A stretch of 64,000 nucleotides of DNA from Octopus sinensis (taxonomy: Eukaryota): assembly GCF_006345805.1 (NCBI RefSeq), contig NC_043001.1, positions 434,001-498,000 of the forward strand, in the 5' to 3' direction. A program made the translations under genes and the position numbers. Under the pieces are notes generated by a model. It searched no databases. It had not been told where the DNA came from and saw nothing but the letters and a program-made list of their open reading frames with translations. This document shows positions 12,702 to 26,335 of the stretch, in pieces; the first letter of the stretch is position 1; every line of letters begins with the position of its first letter.

Positions 12702-15700
12702 TAAGAAATCAATATGTGATACCATGTATGCACAGGTATAAGAAATCAATATGTGATACCATGTATGCACAGGTATAAGAAATCAATATGTGATACCATG
12801 TATGCACAGGTATAAGAAATCAATATGTGATACCATGTATGCACAGGTATAAGAAATCAATATGTGATACCATGTATGCACAGGTATAAGAAATCAATAT
12901 GTGATACCATGTATGCACAGGTATAAGAAATCAATATGTGATACCATGTATGCACAGGTATAAGAAATCAATATGTGATACCATGTATGCACAGGTATAA
13001 GAAATCAATATGTGATACCATGTATGCACAGGTATAAGAAATCAATATGTGATACCATGTATGCACAGGTATAAGAAATTTATATGTGATACCATGTATG
13101 CACAGGTATAAGAAATCAATATGTGATACCATGTATGCACAGGTATAAGAAATCAATATGTGATACCATGTATGCACAGGTATAAGAAATCTATATGTGA
13201 TACCATGTATGCACAGGTATAAGAAATCAATATGTGATACCATGTATGCACAGGTATAAGAAATCTATATGTGATACCATGTATGCACAGGTATAAGAAA
13301 TCTATATGTGATACCATGTATGCACAGGTATAAGAAATCAATATGTGATACCATGTATGCACAGGTATAAGAAATCAATATGTGATCCCATGTATGCACA
13401 GGTATAAGAAATCAATATGTGATACCATGTATGCACAGGTATAAGAAATCAATATGTGATACCATGTATGCACAGGTATAAGAAATCTATATGTGATACC
13501 ATGTATGCACAGGTATAAGAAATCAATATGTGATACCATGTATGCACAGGTATAAGAAATCAATATGTGATACCATGTATGCACAGGTATAAGAAATCTA
13601 TATGTGATACCATGTATGCACAGGTATAAGAAATCAATATGTGATACCATGTATGCACAGGTATAAGAAATCAATATGTGATACCATGTATGCACAGGTA
13701 TAAGAAATCTATATGTGATACCATGTATGCACAGGTATAAGAAATCAATATGTGATACCATGTATGCACAGGTATAAGAAATCAATATGTGATCCCATGT
13801 ATGCACAGGTATAAGAAATCAATATGTGATACCATGTATGCACAGGTATAAGAAATTTATATGTGATACCATGTATGCACAGGTATAAAAAATCAATATG
13901 TGATACCATGTATGCACAGGTATAAGAAATCAATATGTGATACCATGTATGCACAGGTATAAGAAATTTATATGTGATACCATGTATGCACAGGTATAAG
14001 AAATTTATATGTGATACCATGTATGCACAGGTATAAGAAATCAATATGTGATACCATGTATGCACAGGTATAAGAAATCAATATGTGATACCATGTATGC
14101 ACAGGTATAAGAAATTTATATGTGATACCATGTATGCACAGGTATAAGAAATTTATATGTGATACCATGTATGCACAGGTATAAGAAATCAATATGTGAT
14201 ACCATGTATGCACAGGTATAAGAAATCAATATGTGATACCATGTATGCACAGGTATAAGAAATTTATATGTGATACCATGTATGCACAGGTATAAGAAAT
14301 CAATATGTGATACCATGTATGCACAGGTATAAGAAATCAATATGTGATACCATGTATGCACAGGTATAAGAAATCTATATGTGATACCATGTATGCACAG
14401 GTATAAGAAATCAATATGTGATACCATGTATGCACAGGTATAAGAAATCTATATGTGATACCATGTATGCACAGGTATAAGAAATCTATATGTGATACCA
14501 TGTATGCACAGGTATAAGAAATCAATATGTGATACCATGTATGCACAGGTATAAGAAATCAATATGTGATCCCATGTATGCACAGGTATAAGAAATCAAT
14601 ATGTGATACCATGTATGCACAGGTATAAGAAATCAATATGTGATACCATGTATGCACAGGTATAAGAAATCTATATGTGATACCATGTATGCACAGGTAT
14701 AAGAAATCAATATGTGATACCATGTATGCACAGGTATAAGAAATCAATATGTGATACCATGTATGCACAGGTATAAGAAATCTATATGTGATACCATGTA
14801 TGCACAGGTATAAGAAATCAATATGTGATACCATGTATGCACAGGTATAAGAAATCAATATGTGATACCATGTATGCACAGGTATAAGAAATCTATATGT
14901 GATACCATGTATGCACAGGTATAAGAAATCAATATGTGATACCATGTATGCACAGGTATAAGAAATCAATATGTGATCCCATGTATGCACAGGTATAAGA
15001 AATCAATATGTGATACCATGTATGCACAGGTATAAGAAATTTATATGTGATACCATGTATGCACAGGTATAAAAAATCAATATGTGATACCATGTATGCA
15101 CAGGTATAAGAAATCAATATGTGATACCATGTATGCACAGGTATAAGAAATTTATATGTGATACCATGTATGCACAGGTATAAGAAATTTATATGTGATA
15201 CCATGTATGCACAGGTATAAGAAATCAATATGTGATACCATGTATGCACAGGTATAAGAAATCAATATGTGATACCATGTATGCACAGGTATAAGAAATT
15301 TATATGTGATACCATGTATGCACAGGTATAAGAAATTTATATGTGATACCATGTATGCACAGGTATAAGAAATCAATATGTGATACCATGTATGCACAGG
15401 TATAAGAAATCAATATGTGATACCATGTATGCACAGGTATAAGAAATTTATATGTGATACCATGTATGCACAGGTATAAGAAATCAATATGTGATACCAT
15501 GTATGCACAGGTATAAGAAATCAATATGTGATACCATGTATGCACAGGTATAAGAAATCAATATGTGATACCATGTATGCACAGGTATAAGAAATTTATA
15601 TGTGATACCATGTATGCACAGGTATAAGAAATTTATATGTGATACCATGTATGCACAGGTATAAGAAATCAATATGTGATACCATGTATGCACAGGTATA

Positions 15701-18700
15701 AGAAATCAATATGTGATACCATGTATGCACAGGTATAAGAAATTTATATGTGATACCATGTATGCACAGGTATAAGAAATTTATATGTGATACCATGTAT
15801 GCACAGGTATAAGAAATCAATATGTGATACCATGTATGCACAGGTATAAGAAATCAATATGTGATACCATGTATGCACAGGTATAAGAAATTTATATGTG
15901 ATACCATGTATGCACAGGTATAAGAAATCAATATGTGATACCATGTATGCACAGGTATAAGAAATCAATATGTGATACCATGTATGCACAGGTATAAGAA
16001 ATCAATATGTGATACCAAGTATGCACAGGTATAAGAAATCAATATGTGATACCATGTATGCACAGGTATAAGAAATTTATATGTGATACCATGTATGCAC
16101 AGGTTTAAGAAATCAATATGTGATACCATGTATGCACAGGTATAAGAAATCAATATGTGATACCATGTATGCACAGGTATAAGAAATTTATATGTGATAC
16201 CATGTATGCACAGGTATAAGAAATTTATATGTGATACCATGTATGCACAGGTATAAGAAATTTATGTGTGATACCATGTATGCACAGGTATAAGAAATCA
16301 ATATGTGATACCATGTATGCACAGGTATAAGAAATCTATATGTGATACCATGTATGCACAGGTATAAGAAATCAATATGTGATACCATGTATGCACAGGT
16401 ATAAGAAATCAATATGTGATACCATGTATGCACAGGTATAAGAAATTTATATGTGATACCATGTATGCACAGGTATAAGAAATTTATATGTGATACCATG
16501 TATGCACAGGTATAAGAAATTTATATGTGATACCATGTATGCACAGGTATAAGAAATCAATATGTGATACCATGTATGCACAGGTATAAGAAATCTATAT
16601 GTGATACCATGTATGCACAGGTATAAGAAATCAATATGTGATACCATATATGCACAGGTATAAGAAATCAATATGTGATACCATGTATGCACAGGTATAA
16701 GAAATCTATATGTGATACCATGTATGCACAGGTATAAGAAATCAATATGTGATACCATGTATGCACAGGTATAAGAAATCAATATGTGATACCATGTATG
16801 CACAGGTATAAGAAATCTATATGTGATACCATGTATGCACAGGTATAAGAAATCAATATGTGATACCATGTATGCACAGGTATAAGAAATCAATATGTGA
16901 TACCATGTATGCACAGGTATAAGAAATCAATATGTGATACCATGTATGCACAGGTATAAGAAATCTATATGTGATACCATGTATGCACAGGTATAAGAAA
17001 TCAATATGTGATACCATGTATGCACAGGTATAAGAAATCAATATGTGATACCATGTATGCACAGGTATAAGAAATCTATATGTGATACCATGTATGCACA
17101 GGTATAAGAAATCAATATGTGATACCATGTATGCACAGGTATAAGACTCAATATGTGATACCATGTATGCACAGGTATAAGAAATTTATATGTGATACCA
17201 TGTATGCACAGGTATAAGAAATCAATATGTGATACCATGTATGCACAGGTATAAGAAATCAATATGTGATACCATGTATGCACAGGTATAAGAAATTTAT
17301 ATGTGATACCATGTATGCACAGGTATAAGAAATTTATATGTGATACCATGTATGCACAGGTATAAGAAATTTATATGTGATACCATGTATGCACAGGTAT
17401 AAGAAATCTATATGTGATACCATGTATGCACAGGTATAAGAAATTTATATGTGATACCATGTATGCACAGGTATAAGAAATCAATATGTGATACCATGTA
17501 TGCACAGGTATAAGAAATCTATATGTGATACCATGTATGCACAGGTATAAGAAATCTATATGTGATACCATGTATGCACAGGTATAAGAAATCAATATGT
17601 GAAACCATGTATGCACAGGTATAAGAAATCTATATGTGATACCATGTATGCACAGGTATAAGAAATCTATATGTGATACCATGTATGCACAGGTATAAGA
17701 AATCAATATGTGATCCCATGTATGCACAGGTATAAGAAATCAATATGTGATACCATGTATGCACAGGTATAAGAAATCAATATGTGATACCATGTATGCA
17801 CAGGTATAAGAAATCAATATGTGATACCATGTATGCACAGGTATAAGAAATCAATATGTGATACCATGTATGCACAGGTATAAGAAATCTATATGTGATA
17901 CCATGTATGCACAGGTATAAGAAATCAATATGTGATACCATGTATGCATAGGTATAAGAAATCAATATGTGATACCATGTATGCACAGGTATAAGAAATC
18001 TATATGTGATACCATGTATGCACAGGTATAAGAAATCAATATGTGATACCATGTATGCACAGGTATAAGAAATCAATATGTGATACCATGTATGCACAGG
18101 TATAAGAAATCAATATGTGATACCATGTATGCACAGGTATAAGAAATCTATATGTGATACCATGTATGCACAGGTATAAGAAATCAATATGTGATACCAT
18201 GTATGCACAGGTATAAGAAATCAATATGTGATACCATGTATGCACAGGTATAAGAAATCTATATGTGATACCATGTATGCACAGGTATAAGAAATCAATA
18301 TGTGATACCATGTATGCATAGGTATAAGAAATCAATATGTGATACCATGTATGCACAGGTATAAGAAATTTATATGTGATACCATGTATGCACAGGTATA
18401 AGAAATTTATATGTGATACCATGTATGCACAGGTATAAGAAATCAATATGTGATACCATGTATGCACAGGTATAAGAAATTTATATGTGATACCATGTAT
18501 GCACAGGTATAAGAAATTTATATGTGATACCATGTATGCACAGGTATAAGAAATTTATATGTGATACCATGTATGCACAGGTATAAGAAATCTATATGTG
18601 ATGCCATGTATGCACAGGTATAAGAAATTTATATGTGATACCATGTATGCACAGGTATAAGAAATCAATATGTGATACCATGTATGCACAGGTATAAGAA

Positions 18701-19222
18701 ATCTATATGTGATACCATGTATGCACAGGTATAAGAAATCTATATGTGATACCATGTATGCACAGGTATAAGAAATCAATATGTGAAACCATGTATGCAC
18801 AGGTATAAGAAATCTATATGTGATACCATGTATGCACAGGTATAAGAAATCTATATGTGATACCATGTATGCACAGGTATAAGAAATCAATATGTGATCC
18901 CATGTATGCACAGGTATAAGAAATCAATATGTGATACCATGTATGCACAGGTATAAGAAATCAATATGTGATACCATGTATGCACAGGTATAAGAAATCA
19001 ATATGTGATACCATGTATGCACAGGTATAAGAAATCTATATGTGATACCATGTATGCACAGGTATAAGAAATCAATATGTGATACCATGTATGCACAGGT
19101 ATAAGAAATCAATATGTGATACCATGTATGCACAGGTATAAGAAATCAATATGTGATACCATGTATGCACAGGTATAAGAAATGAATATGTGATACCATG
19201 TATGCACAGGTATAAGAAATCA
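12702..19222. repeat. 37-bp tandem satellite/VNTR, about 176 monomers, consensus AATCAATATGTGATACCATGTATGCACAGGTATAAGA
   Basis: Exact 37-nt periodicity throughout, with one 1-bp deletion near 17147. Variation is mostly one dinucleotide (CA/CT/TT) plus rare point variants. Confidence 0.99.
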
Positions 19223-19389
19223 CTACTGGCAGTTAGTTTCTCAGCTGGAAAATTAGCTTTAACTCTAAGGAGTTCAGTCAATCTATCTACATGTAATAAG
19301 ATACCTAGGGCAGGTGTGGTTTACAGCAGGAGGCAATAGGAGTGCCATATAATTCATGAATACATTATTGGTTAGCATCAGGTTAGCAC

Positions 19390-19560
19390 CAGTTGAATAG
19401 ATCTATGATCAAAGATGCCTTAGCATTGGCCATATCATCTCTTTTTCCTTCAAGACATAAATTGTATCTAGAAGTACATTATTTAATATGTGCTTCTTTT
19501 TTAAAGATAGTAGGGTGTGATTTGAGGAAGATCTGGTTGCTATTTCAAGCTTGTTGAGCA
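19390..19560 (-). mobile_element. Short interspersed repeat, family D (CTAGAAATAGCAGCCAAATCT...CAAATCACACCCTAC-like)
   Basis: Similar diverged blocks recur at about 11680, 38320, 43400, 51100, 57920, 59920, 60440, 61200 and 63810. Class not determined. Confidence 0.55.
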
Positions 19561-19819
19561 ACACTGTTGCCTGTTGTAGTTTCATAATTCTTTTATATTT
19601 TGTTGTGATGCACTGTTGAGTTAGATCTTACCAGACATCTCTCTATGGTCAGTAAAGAAAATTATTCACTGATTGATACTTCTAATTAAGTGGATAAATA
19701 ACTAACTTTGAACCTTTTTTTTACTCAGATAAAGAGTGGTAGAGCCCATCGTCCTTTCTAGTAGTTTCAAAAGGTGAATGCAGTTTATGTTTAAGTTTCA
19801 GGTTAGGTGTTTATGTAAA

Positions 19820-19892
19820 GGAGAGAGAGAGAGAGAGCGGGAGAGAGAGAGAGGGAGGGAGAGAGAGAGAGGGAGGGAGAGAGAGAGAGAGA
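19820..19892. repeat. GA/GGGA purine-rich microsatellite
   Basis: (GA)n with GGGA interruptions. Confidence 0.95.
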
Positions 19893-20759
19893 GTTGTGCT
19901 ATATGTACTAATGCACATGTATTTGCCTTATAAAAGTATTCATCTAGAACTACTGATATACATAACAATTGACAATATAAAATGGTATAATAAAGAACTA
20001 TTAATATCACAAAGCTATTTGTATACAAGTATTAATATGATATAGAGTAGATCATATAGAATAGATAATATACTATAGACATTATCAATATCATATCGTG
20101 TACATATTAGCAAAGAGTGAGAATCAGTACACGGAAACAGAAATGTCCTGCTGTATTGAAGTTGAATTATCTTCTTTTGTGTTGCTGTTGACTTTGCATT
20201 TTGGATTTTATGAGAACAGAGAAGTACCAGATTAAGTGGGGTTTGAAAAAAAAGTAACGATAAAATACCTTGAAGGTTCCAACAGGGCTACAGTCCAATA
20301 GTTGAAACCATTAGAAGAACAGAGAAATTTATTGCTAGCTATTGATATAGAATTTGAGTAGTAAGTTGATAGGAATGACACAGAGCCAGATGAAAGATCT
20401 TACAGATATTTAGTTCCATAATTCTACGTTTAGAATTTATATTTCATTATCCCTTGAGAGTGACAAGTTTTTCATCCCTCTTCACTCTCTGTTGTAAAAT
20501 TACTGAAATATGTACCAGTAATATTCTGGGATAATCCAATTGGTTAAGTAACCCCTCTTTCACAAAATTTATCTTAGGCTTTCTAATAGAAAATAATTAG
20601 CAATTATTCAGTTGTTTTTCTTTCAAAATAACTTTTCAAGGCTTTTTAGAATGGTGGAAAAGAGAGAGTAAGCTGACTTCAGACTGGAAACCTGGCCCAA
20701 ATGTTTGCAACAGAGTCAGCTCTGGTGGAGATTCCCAGGGGCCGAGTGGTAAAACAGAC

Positions 20760-20940
20760 TAATCCTATCACCTAAGAGTAGGCTTCCATACAATTTCCCT
20801 CTACAAATTTTGCTCACAAGACTTTCATTAACCTGAGGCTTTGGTACAAGACACTTTCCCAAGGTGCCACACAGTAGAATAAACCATGAAATCACGTTAT
20901 TGTAAAGTGAACTTCTTCATACAACCATGCCTACTGCAAC
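20760..20940 (-). mobile_element. SINE family C fragment (GTGGCACCTTGGGCAAGTGTCTT core)
   Basis: Reverse complement of acaagacactttcccaaggtgccacacagt matches the core in plus-strand copies at 26030, 41480 and 45230. Confidence 0.55.
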
Positions 20941-21626
20941 ACAACAGTGAAAACAGACAACAGACAACGTATACGTATATAATATATGCGTGTGCATGTG
21001 TGTGTGTGCATGTGTGTGTGTGAAATAATATACCACAACAAATTATTTTCCTCTTCTTTTTTTCTTTTTGCTTTACAAAATACACAATACAGAAAAGAAA
21101 AAGAAGAAAAAAAGTGACTTTTAATATAAGAAAATTAAAATCACGAAAATAACGGTGAAAATTTGCAGTGATTTATCAAAATACAAGACAGAAAATGTGC
21201 AGACTTAATATATATATATAGTCAATGAATTGTTTGTCAACCCTTAAACTTCTCCTTCTTTCTGTAAGTTCTATACTGAATGGGAATGGTATTAGTTTAT
21301 AAGAATTTTCTATTTTATAATATTTTTAAAAGAAAATAATTTGCATGGAGGATATAGGAAATATAAATGAAAATATTTAGACATCTAATTTTGAAAATTA
21401 TTGATTTAGCAAAATAAAATCTAAGACTAAAGACAACTGCAATTAGTGTGTAATTAACAAGTCACTTTTAAATTGTAATCACTTCAATGATGTAAGAAAG
21501 AAAAAAGAAATTAAAGATTTTAAAATTGGCATTATGGCATGTAAAAATAAAGAAAATAATTTTAAAAGTATAAAGATATTAATATTTAATTTAATTTAAT
21601 CTAATCTAAACAATTCTCTTGTTCTC

Positions 21627-21638
21627 TATGTATGTATG

Positions 21639-21727
<89 letters not shown>
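21627..21727. repeat. Compound (TATG)n(TA)n(TG)n microsatellite
   Basis: Read directly. Confidence 0.97.
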
Positions 21728-24700
21728 TCATGTATATGTATTTATATGTGTGTATACTATTGCTAGTAAACCAAACTTTTAATATTGTAATTTTAATTAT
21801 TTTCACATTCAGACAATATTCTAAAATTTACTGACCTAAAATGTATGTGCCCAAATTATTTCAATATATAAGGCTACATTCACTTATTCACACACACATG
21901 CAAATGTGTGTGTGTGTACACCCCACCATATAAAATGATAATTAATGGAAGTGTTACAGGAGAGGTTAAGTCATTATTAGATATATTTGTTGTTTTGGTC
22001 ATTATTCTTTTTTCACTCCCAATAGAAAAAAAACCCCAACAAGCTGGTTATTGCTTTTTCCATGCAGTATAAAATAACATTGAAGCTGGGTAGAAGTAAG
22101 AGGGTAGACAAGTCCATTTATGCAATAGAAATTACCTGGAACATTTCTTTTCAAATGTCCATAAATACGTCCCGTATGGGATTGCATGAAAACAGAAAAA
22201 AATTATTGATTTTCATTGTTAAACTTTTACCAACATACACAGTAGGACCAATTGGAGTGAATGTTGTTCCTTAATGTTTAAAGTTTGTTCATTTTTTTTT
22301 TCATTTCTTCAAGGTTGAAAATTAGGGAAAATAAAGTAAATAAAAATAATTAAAGTTTTCTTTCTCCTGATGATGTGTGTATGTAGATTTTCAATCTGTG
22401 GCCATACAAAGAATGAAAAATTTGGGGAATTTTTTTCTATCTTTCTTTCTTTTTCTTTTATTTTTTCTTGATATCAAGAAAATTTTATTTTGTAGAACAG
22501 TGCAAAATGTATTTTTTGTTATGCAGAATATTTTGAAATCTTACAAAATAAATAAATGAATAAATAAATAACACAAAGAAAAGTGCCTCAGTAGCTTTGA
22601 GGAATATGATTTGGGCAATTTTCTCTTAAATGCTAATAATATTTTCTGTTTCACTTAGTTTTTATTTAGAAGTCTATCTTGGGAATTGGAATTAATTTAT
22701 TGAATGGTGGTTGCATTATGCGTAATCTTTTAAGCACTCTCAAGATATTTGGTTCAAATTTTAATTAATTTCATTTAAATCTTTACTTGTCTTTATTTTA
22801 CTACACATTTTGAATATTGAATGTTATACATTCACTTGTCTTATAGATATTTATGACATAAATAGAATGTCTTTGACGGTGAAACAATGAAAAATATGGC
22901 TATGAACTTAACAAATGGAATAAAGAAACACAATTACAGTTAAACAAACTTGGCAATAATCTTACATAGAATATATTTATAACATATTTAATAGAGAATG
23001 TCAGCTATAGCAGTTAGAGATATTTAAAAAAATATTTTTCACCCTGATGGTACTTTTGAGACAATTCACATGACTTATATTTGAGTACTCCTTTAGTACT
23101 TTTGGATCACTGAGACACTAAGTGAAGATTTCTTCTGGGCAAGTAAACTTAGTGGAGACTCACCTATCTAATAAGTGATACCCAGAACAAAAGGGGATTC
23201 AAACTCAGCAGTTTTAAGTCACTGGAATACTTATTAATTATGCCCATAGAAGTAAGCATTACACCCAAAGGGTTCCTATTTACAGCCAAGTGAACTGAGT
23301 TATTTGAAAGTTAAGTGTAGTTCTGGTGACTGGAATGCAAACTATGAACCCTTGCTTGGGAATACAAACTGTGTTAAAAGCAAACTGTTACCACCAATAA
23401 TGATGAGCAAGCAGCCTTCAATACTGCCCCCATTGGTTCATGGTATACCTCTGCTGCTGTTACATTAGTGCTGAATCAGGAGTAAAACCTTGGATGACCA
23501 TCCGAGAAACTTTCACATTACATAACTTACTAGCTTTGGATTAGCAGATTCCATGACAAACACAGAATTCTGTGACACCATTAAGGATAGGATTCCTTTG
23601 TGTTATAAATCTCTGTCAGAAAATATGTTGAGGAGAAAGTGGAATTTACATTCATACTATGATAGTCCTATAAACTTAGCAAGGACAAAGAACAATAGTG
23701 CTGCATAGTGCATCTACTTGCTGTTAAAACTAATTACAATCATATTCAAATCAACAAAGACATCACCATCATTAATCACTATTAATTATCACATGGACTT
23801 ACATATCAAAATGGCTAATGCAGCTATTACATCGATAGACTATAAGGGAGCAATAATATTTCAAAAGGGAAAATTTAAATCACTCTCTCGAGTTTCTTAC
23901 AACATATGATCATTGGGTGAGTCAGGCATTCTAGGAAATTCTATAAAACAATAAAACATAACTGATTGTGTGATGAAACAATACACCAGTCTACCATGAA
24001 AATCACTCAAAGAAGTGAGCAAAGTCCATATGACCAAAACAACTGATAAAAGATTTATTGATATTCATTATCACCAGATTCAAATTTGAAATCACACACA
24101 CACACGCACACGCACAAAACTAATTTAATGGTGAGCAAACTCTACTTTATGCATTGAGCATTTTCCATTAATTTGTACGTACAAATTTATGTGTACACAT
24201 GTGCAAATGCGTGTGTGTTTGTGTGTGTGTGAGTGCATGCATGCATGCGTGTGTGTATGTGTGTGTGCAAAATCATGTCTAAAATACAAGTCTCACAACA
24301 ACAGACACTAAATAAAACTAATTTTAGATAATTATCTTAGTATAATCTAAAATGCAACTATCACAACATTAAATGTTTTATTTAAAGATAAGTTTTGTAT
24401 GATTAACAAATATCTAATGCAACCATTACAATAATAGACTACTTACCGAGATACTGGGCCCACGCGCGTGTGCACACACACAGACACACACACACATAAC
24501 TGCAATGCAACTACTTCATTCATAAATTACTTACTTTTGGCATTGATCTTAGAGCTGGAATAACACCATTTATTTTTCTGTCACACACATACACACACAT
24601 GTAAACTTTCTATGTTAATAAATTAAATGTGTAATACTTGAACTGGAATTTAATGGTCTTCATAATGTGAAAGTAATATAACTTATTTTCCATTTACAAC

Positions 24701-24772
24701 TTTGAACTACAAACATTTAAATCATGCATAAGCAATAAAGGCAATGATAGGGACCAGTGGTATTATCAGTTG

Positions 24773-24827
24773 CTCTCTCTCTCTCTTGCTATATATATAT
24801 ACACACACACACACATGTATGTATGTA

Positions 24828-24917
<90 letters not shown>

Positions 24918-24920
24918 CAC
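24773..24920. repeat. Compound (CT)(TA)(CA)(TATC)(TA)n microsatellite
   Basis: Read directly. Confidence 0.95.
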
Positions 24921-25143
24921 AGATAAATATACATATTTCTGCACACACTGAAAATTCAACTGAGTATTGAATCTTTTATTAAATGATTTTTCATATTTCC
25001 TTATTTGCCCATTGTGTTTTAGTTTAAAGTAATAACATTCTAAATCCTTGAGATCTTGGTCTCGTCTGAATAAAGGAAATACAAAGAGATCACTAATTTA
25101 AAATTGATAATACAGAGTTCTGTATTTAAGAGATGAGGAATTA

Positions 25144-25243
25144 TATACATTATTTACATTTGATGGATATTTGTTCTCATCTTGTTTGTTGTTAACAACA
25201 AACAAGATGAGGACAAATATCCATCAAATGTAAATAATGTATA
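25144..25243. repeat. Spacerless palindrome, 50-bp arms, one G.T mismatch
   Basis: Symmetry axis between 25193 and 25194 (TGTT|AACA); the only mismatch is 25175 T / 25212 G. Confidence 0.95.
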
Positions 25244-25293
25244 CAAGTTTCAAATTGATACCTAAAATACATTTGCATCTTGAACAAAACATC

Positions 25294-25335
<42 letters not shown>

Positions 25336-26029
25336 AACGTGTGTGTGTGTGTGTATACTTTAACGAACTTCAAGATTGTATTGAGCACTTGTATGCTTTT
25401 GTAACACAACCTGTGTGTCTCCACTGCCTATGAGTTTTGCTTTAAATCTCTCTTGCCTCTTGCACCGCATTGCTTATCTCTGAATCATGCTTTCCTCCCT
25501 TCTCACTGCACCGTGTGCTAGTCTGACTATGGATGGTAGTGGATCTTCTCTGTTTGCTGTACAGTACTTCCAGTGTAGCGAAGGATAGCATTACACCTAT
25601 GTGACCGTTTCATAAACTCTCTATCCCCTCTCGCTCATTTGTTACCCAACTCAAGGCTTATGCATAAGAGGCTTCCTAAGATATACATGTATTTCATACA
25701 CTCTACCTGTACCCCCTTGCTGGTTGTTCAGTATCAGTATCCATCATTCACTGTTACCATTTATCCATCTCTTGCTGTTTATCGTGATCTTACTTAAAGG
25801 CTTACTGATGCTGGTATTTAATTAAAATGCACTCCCTTTAGTCTTCTTTAAGATACAACACTTACCCAAGTGCTGGTACCATGAAAAACATGTACCGAGT
25901 ACATTCTGTAAAGTGGTTGACATCAGGAAGGCCATCCAACCATGTAAATTAAAGCCAAAAATGAAACTTAGGAGCACGGCAATGACTCATTTAATTCATG
26001 TCAGTATGGAACACACACACATATATCAC

Positions 26030-26335
26030 TGCGTGGTACCTTGAGCAAGTGTCTTCTACTATAGCCTTGTGAGTGGATTTGGTAGACAGAAACTGAAAGA
26101 AGCATATCATATATATATATATGTATGTACATGTATATGTTTGTTACCACACCATCATTTGACAACAAATGTTGATGTGTTTACGTCCCTATATCTTAGC
26201 AGGTTGGCTAAAGAGACCGATAGAGTAAGTACTAGGCTTACAAAGAATAAGCTCTGGGGTTGATTTGTTTGACTAAAGGTAGTGCTCCAGCATGGCCACA
26301 GTCATATGACTGAAACGAATAAAAGAATATATACA
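26030..26335 (+). mobile_element. SINE family C with internal (TA)/(TG) tract and GTGCTCCAGCATGGCCACAGTC...CTGAAAC tail
   Basis: Core gtaccttgagcaagtgtcttctactatagcc, then gtggatttggtagacagaaactgaaagaagc. The tail is shared with a copy at about 37630. Confidence 0.7.

Noticed and set aside
12702-19222. CRISPR array (37-nt repeat with an internal hairpin)
   Set aside because: Monomers abut directly with no unique spacers, there are no cas genes, and the context is eukaryotic.
12968-19281. Repetitive MHTWYHILISYTCAY... ORFs on the minus strand
   Set aside because: Artefact of translating a 37-bp repeat; frames open and close with the CA/CT/TT variant. No splice or coding evidence.
20262-20312. 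Hammerhead-like CTTGAAGG...GAAACC
   Set aside because: Core is not CTGANGA and no convincing stems could be drawn.
21606-21834. [12 protein letters not shown] and SLSL ORFs here and at about 24.7, 40.5, 53.5, 57.0 and 62.8 kb
   Set aside because: Translations of microsatellites or low-complexity DNA.
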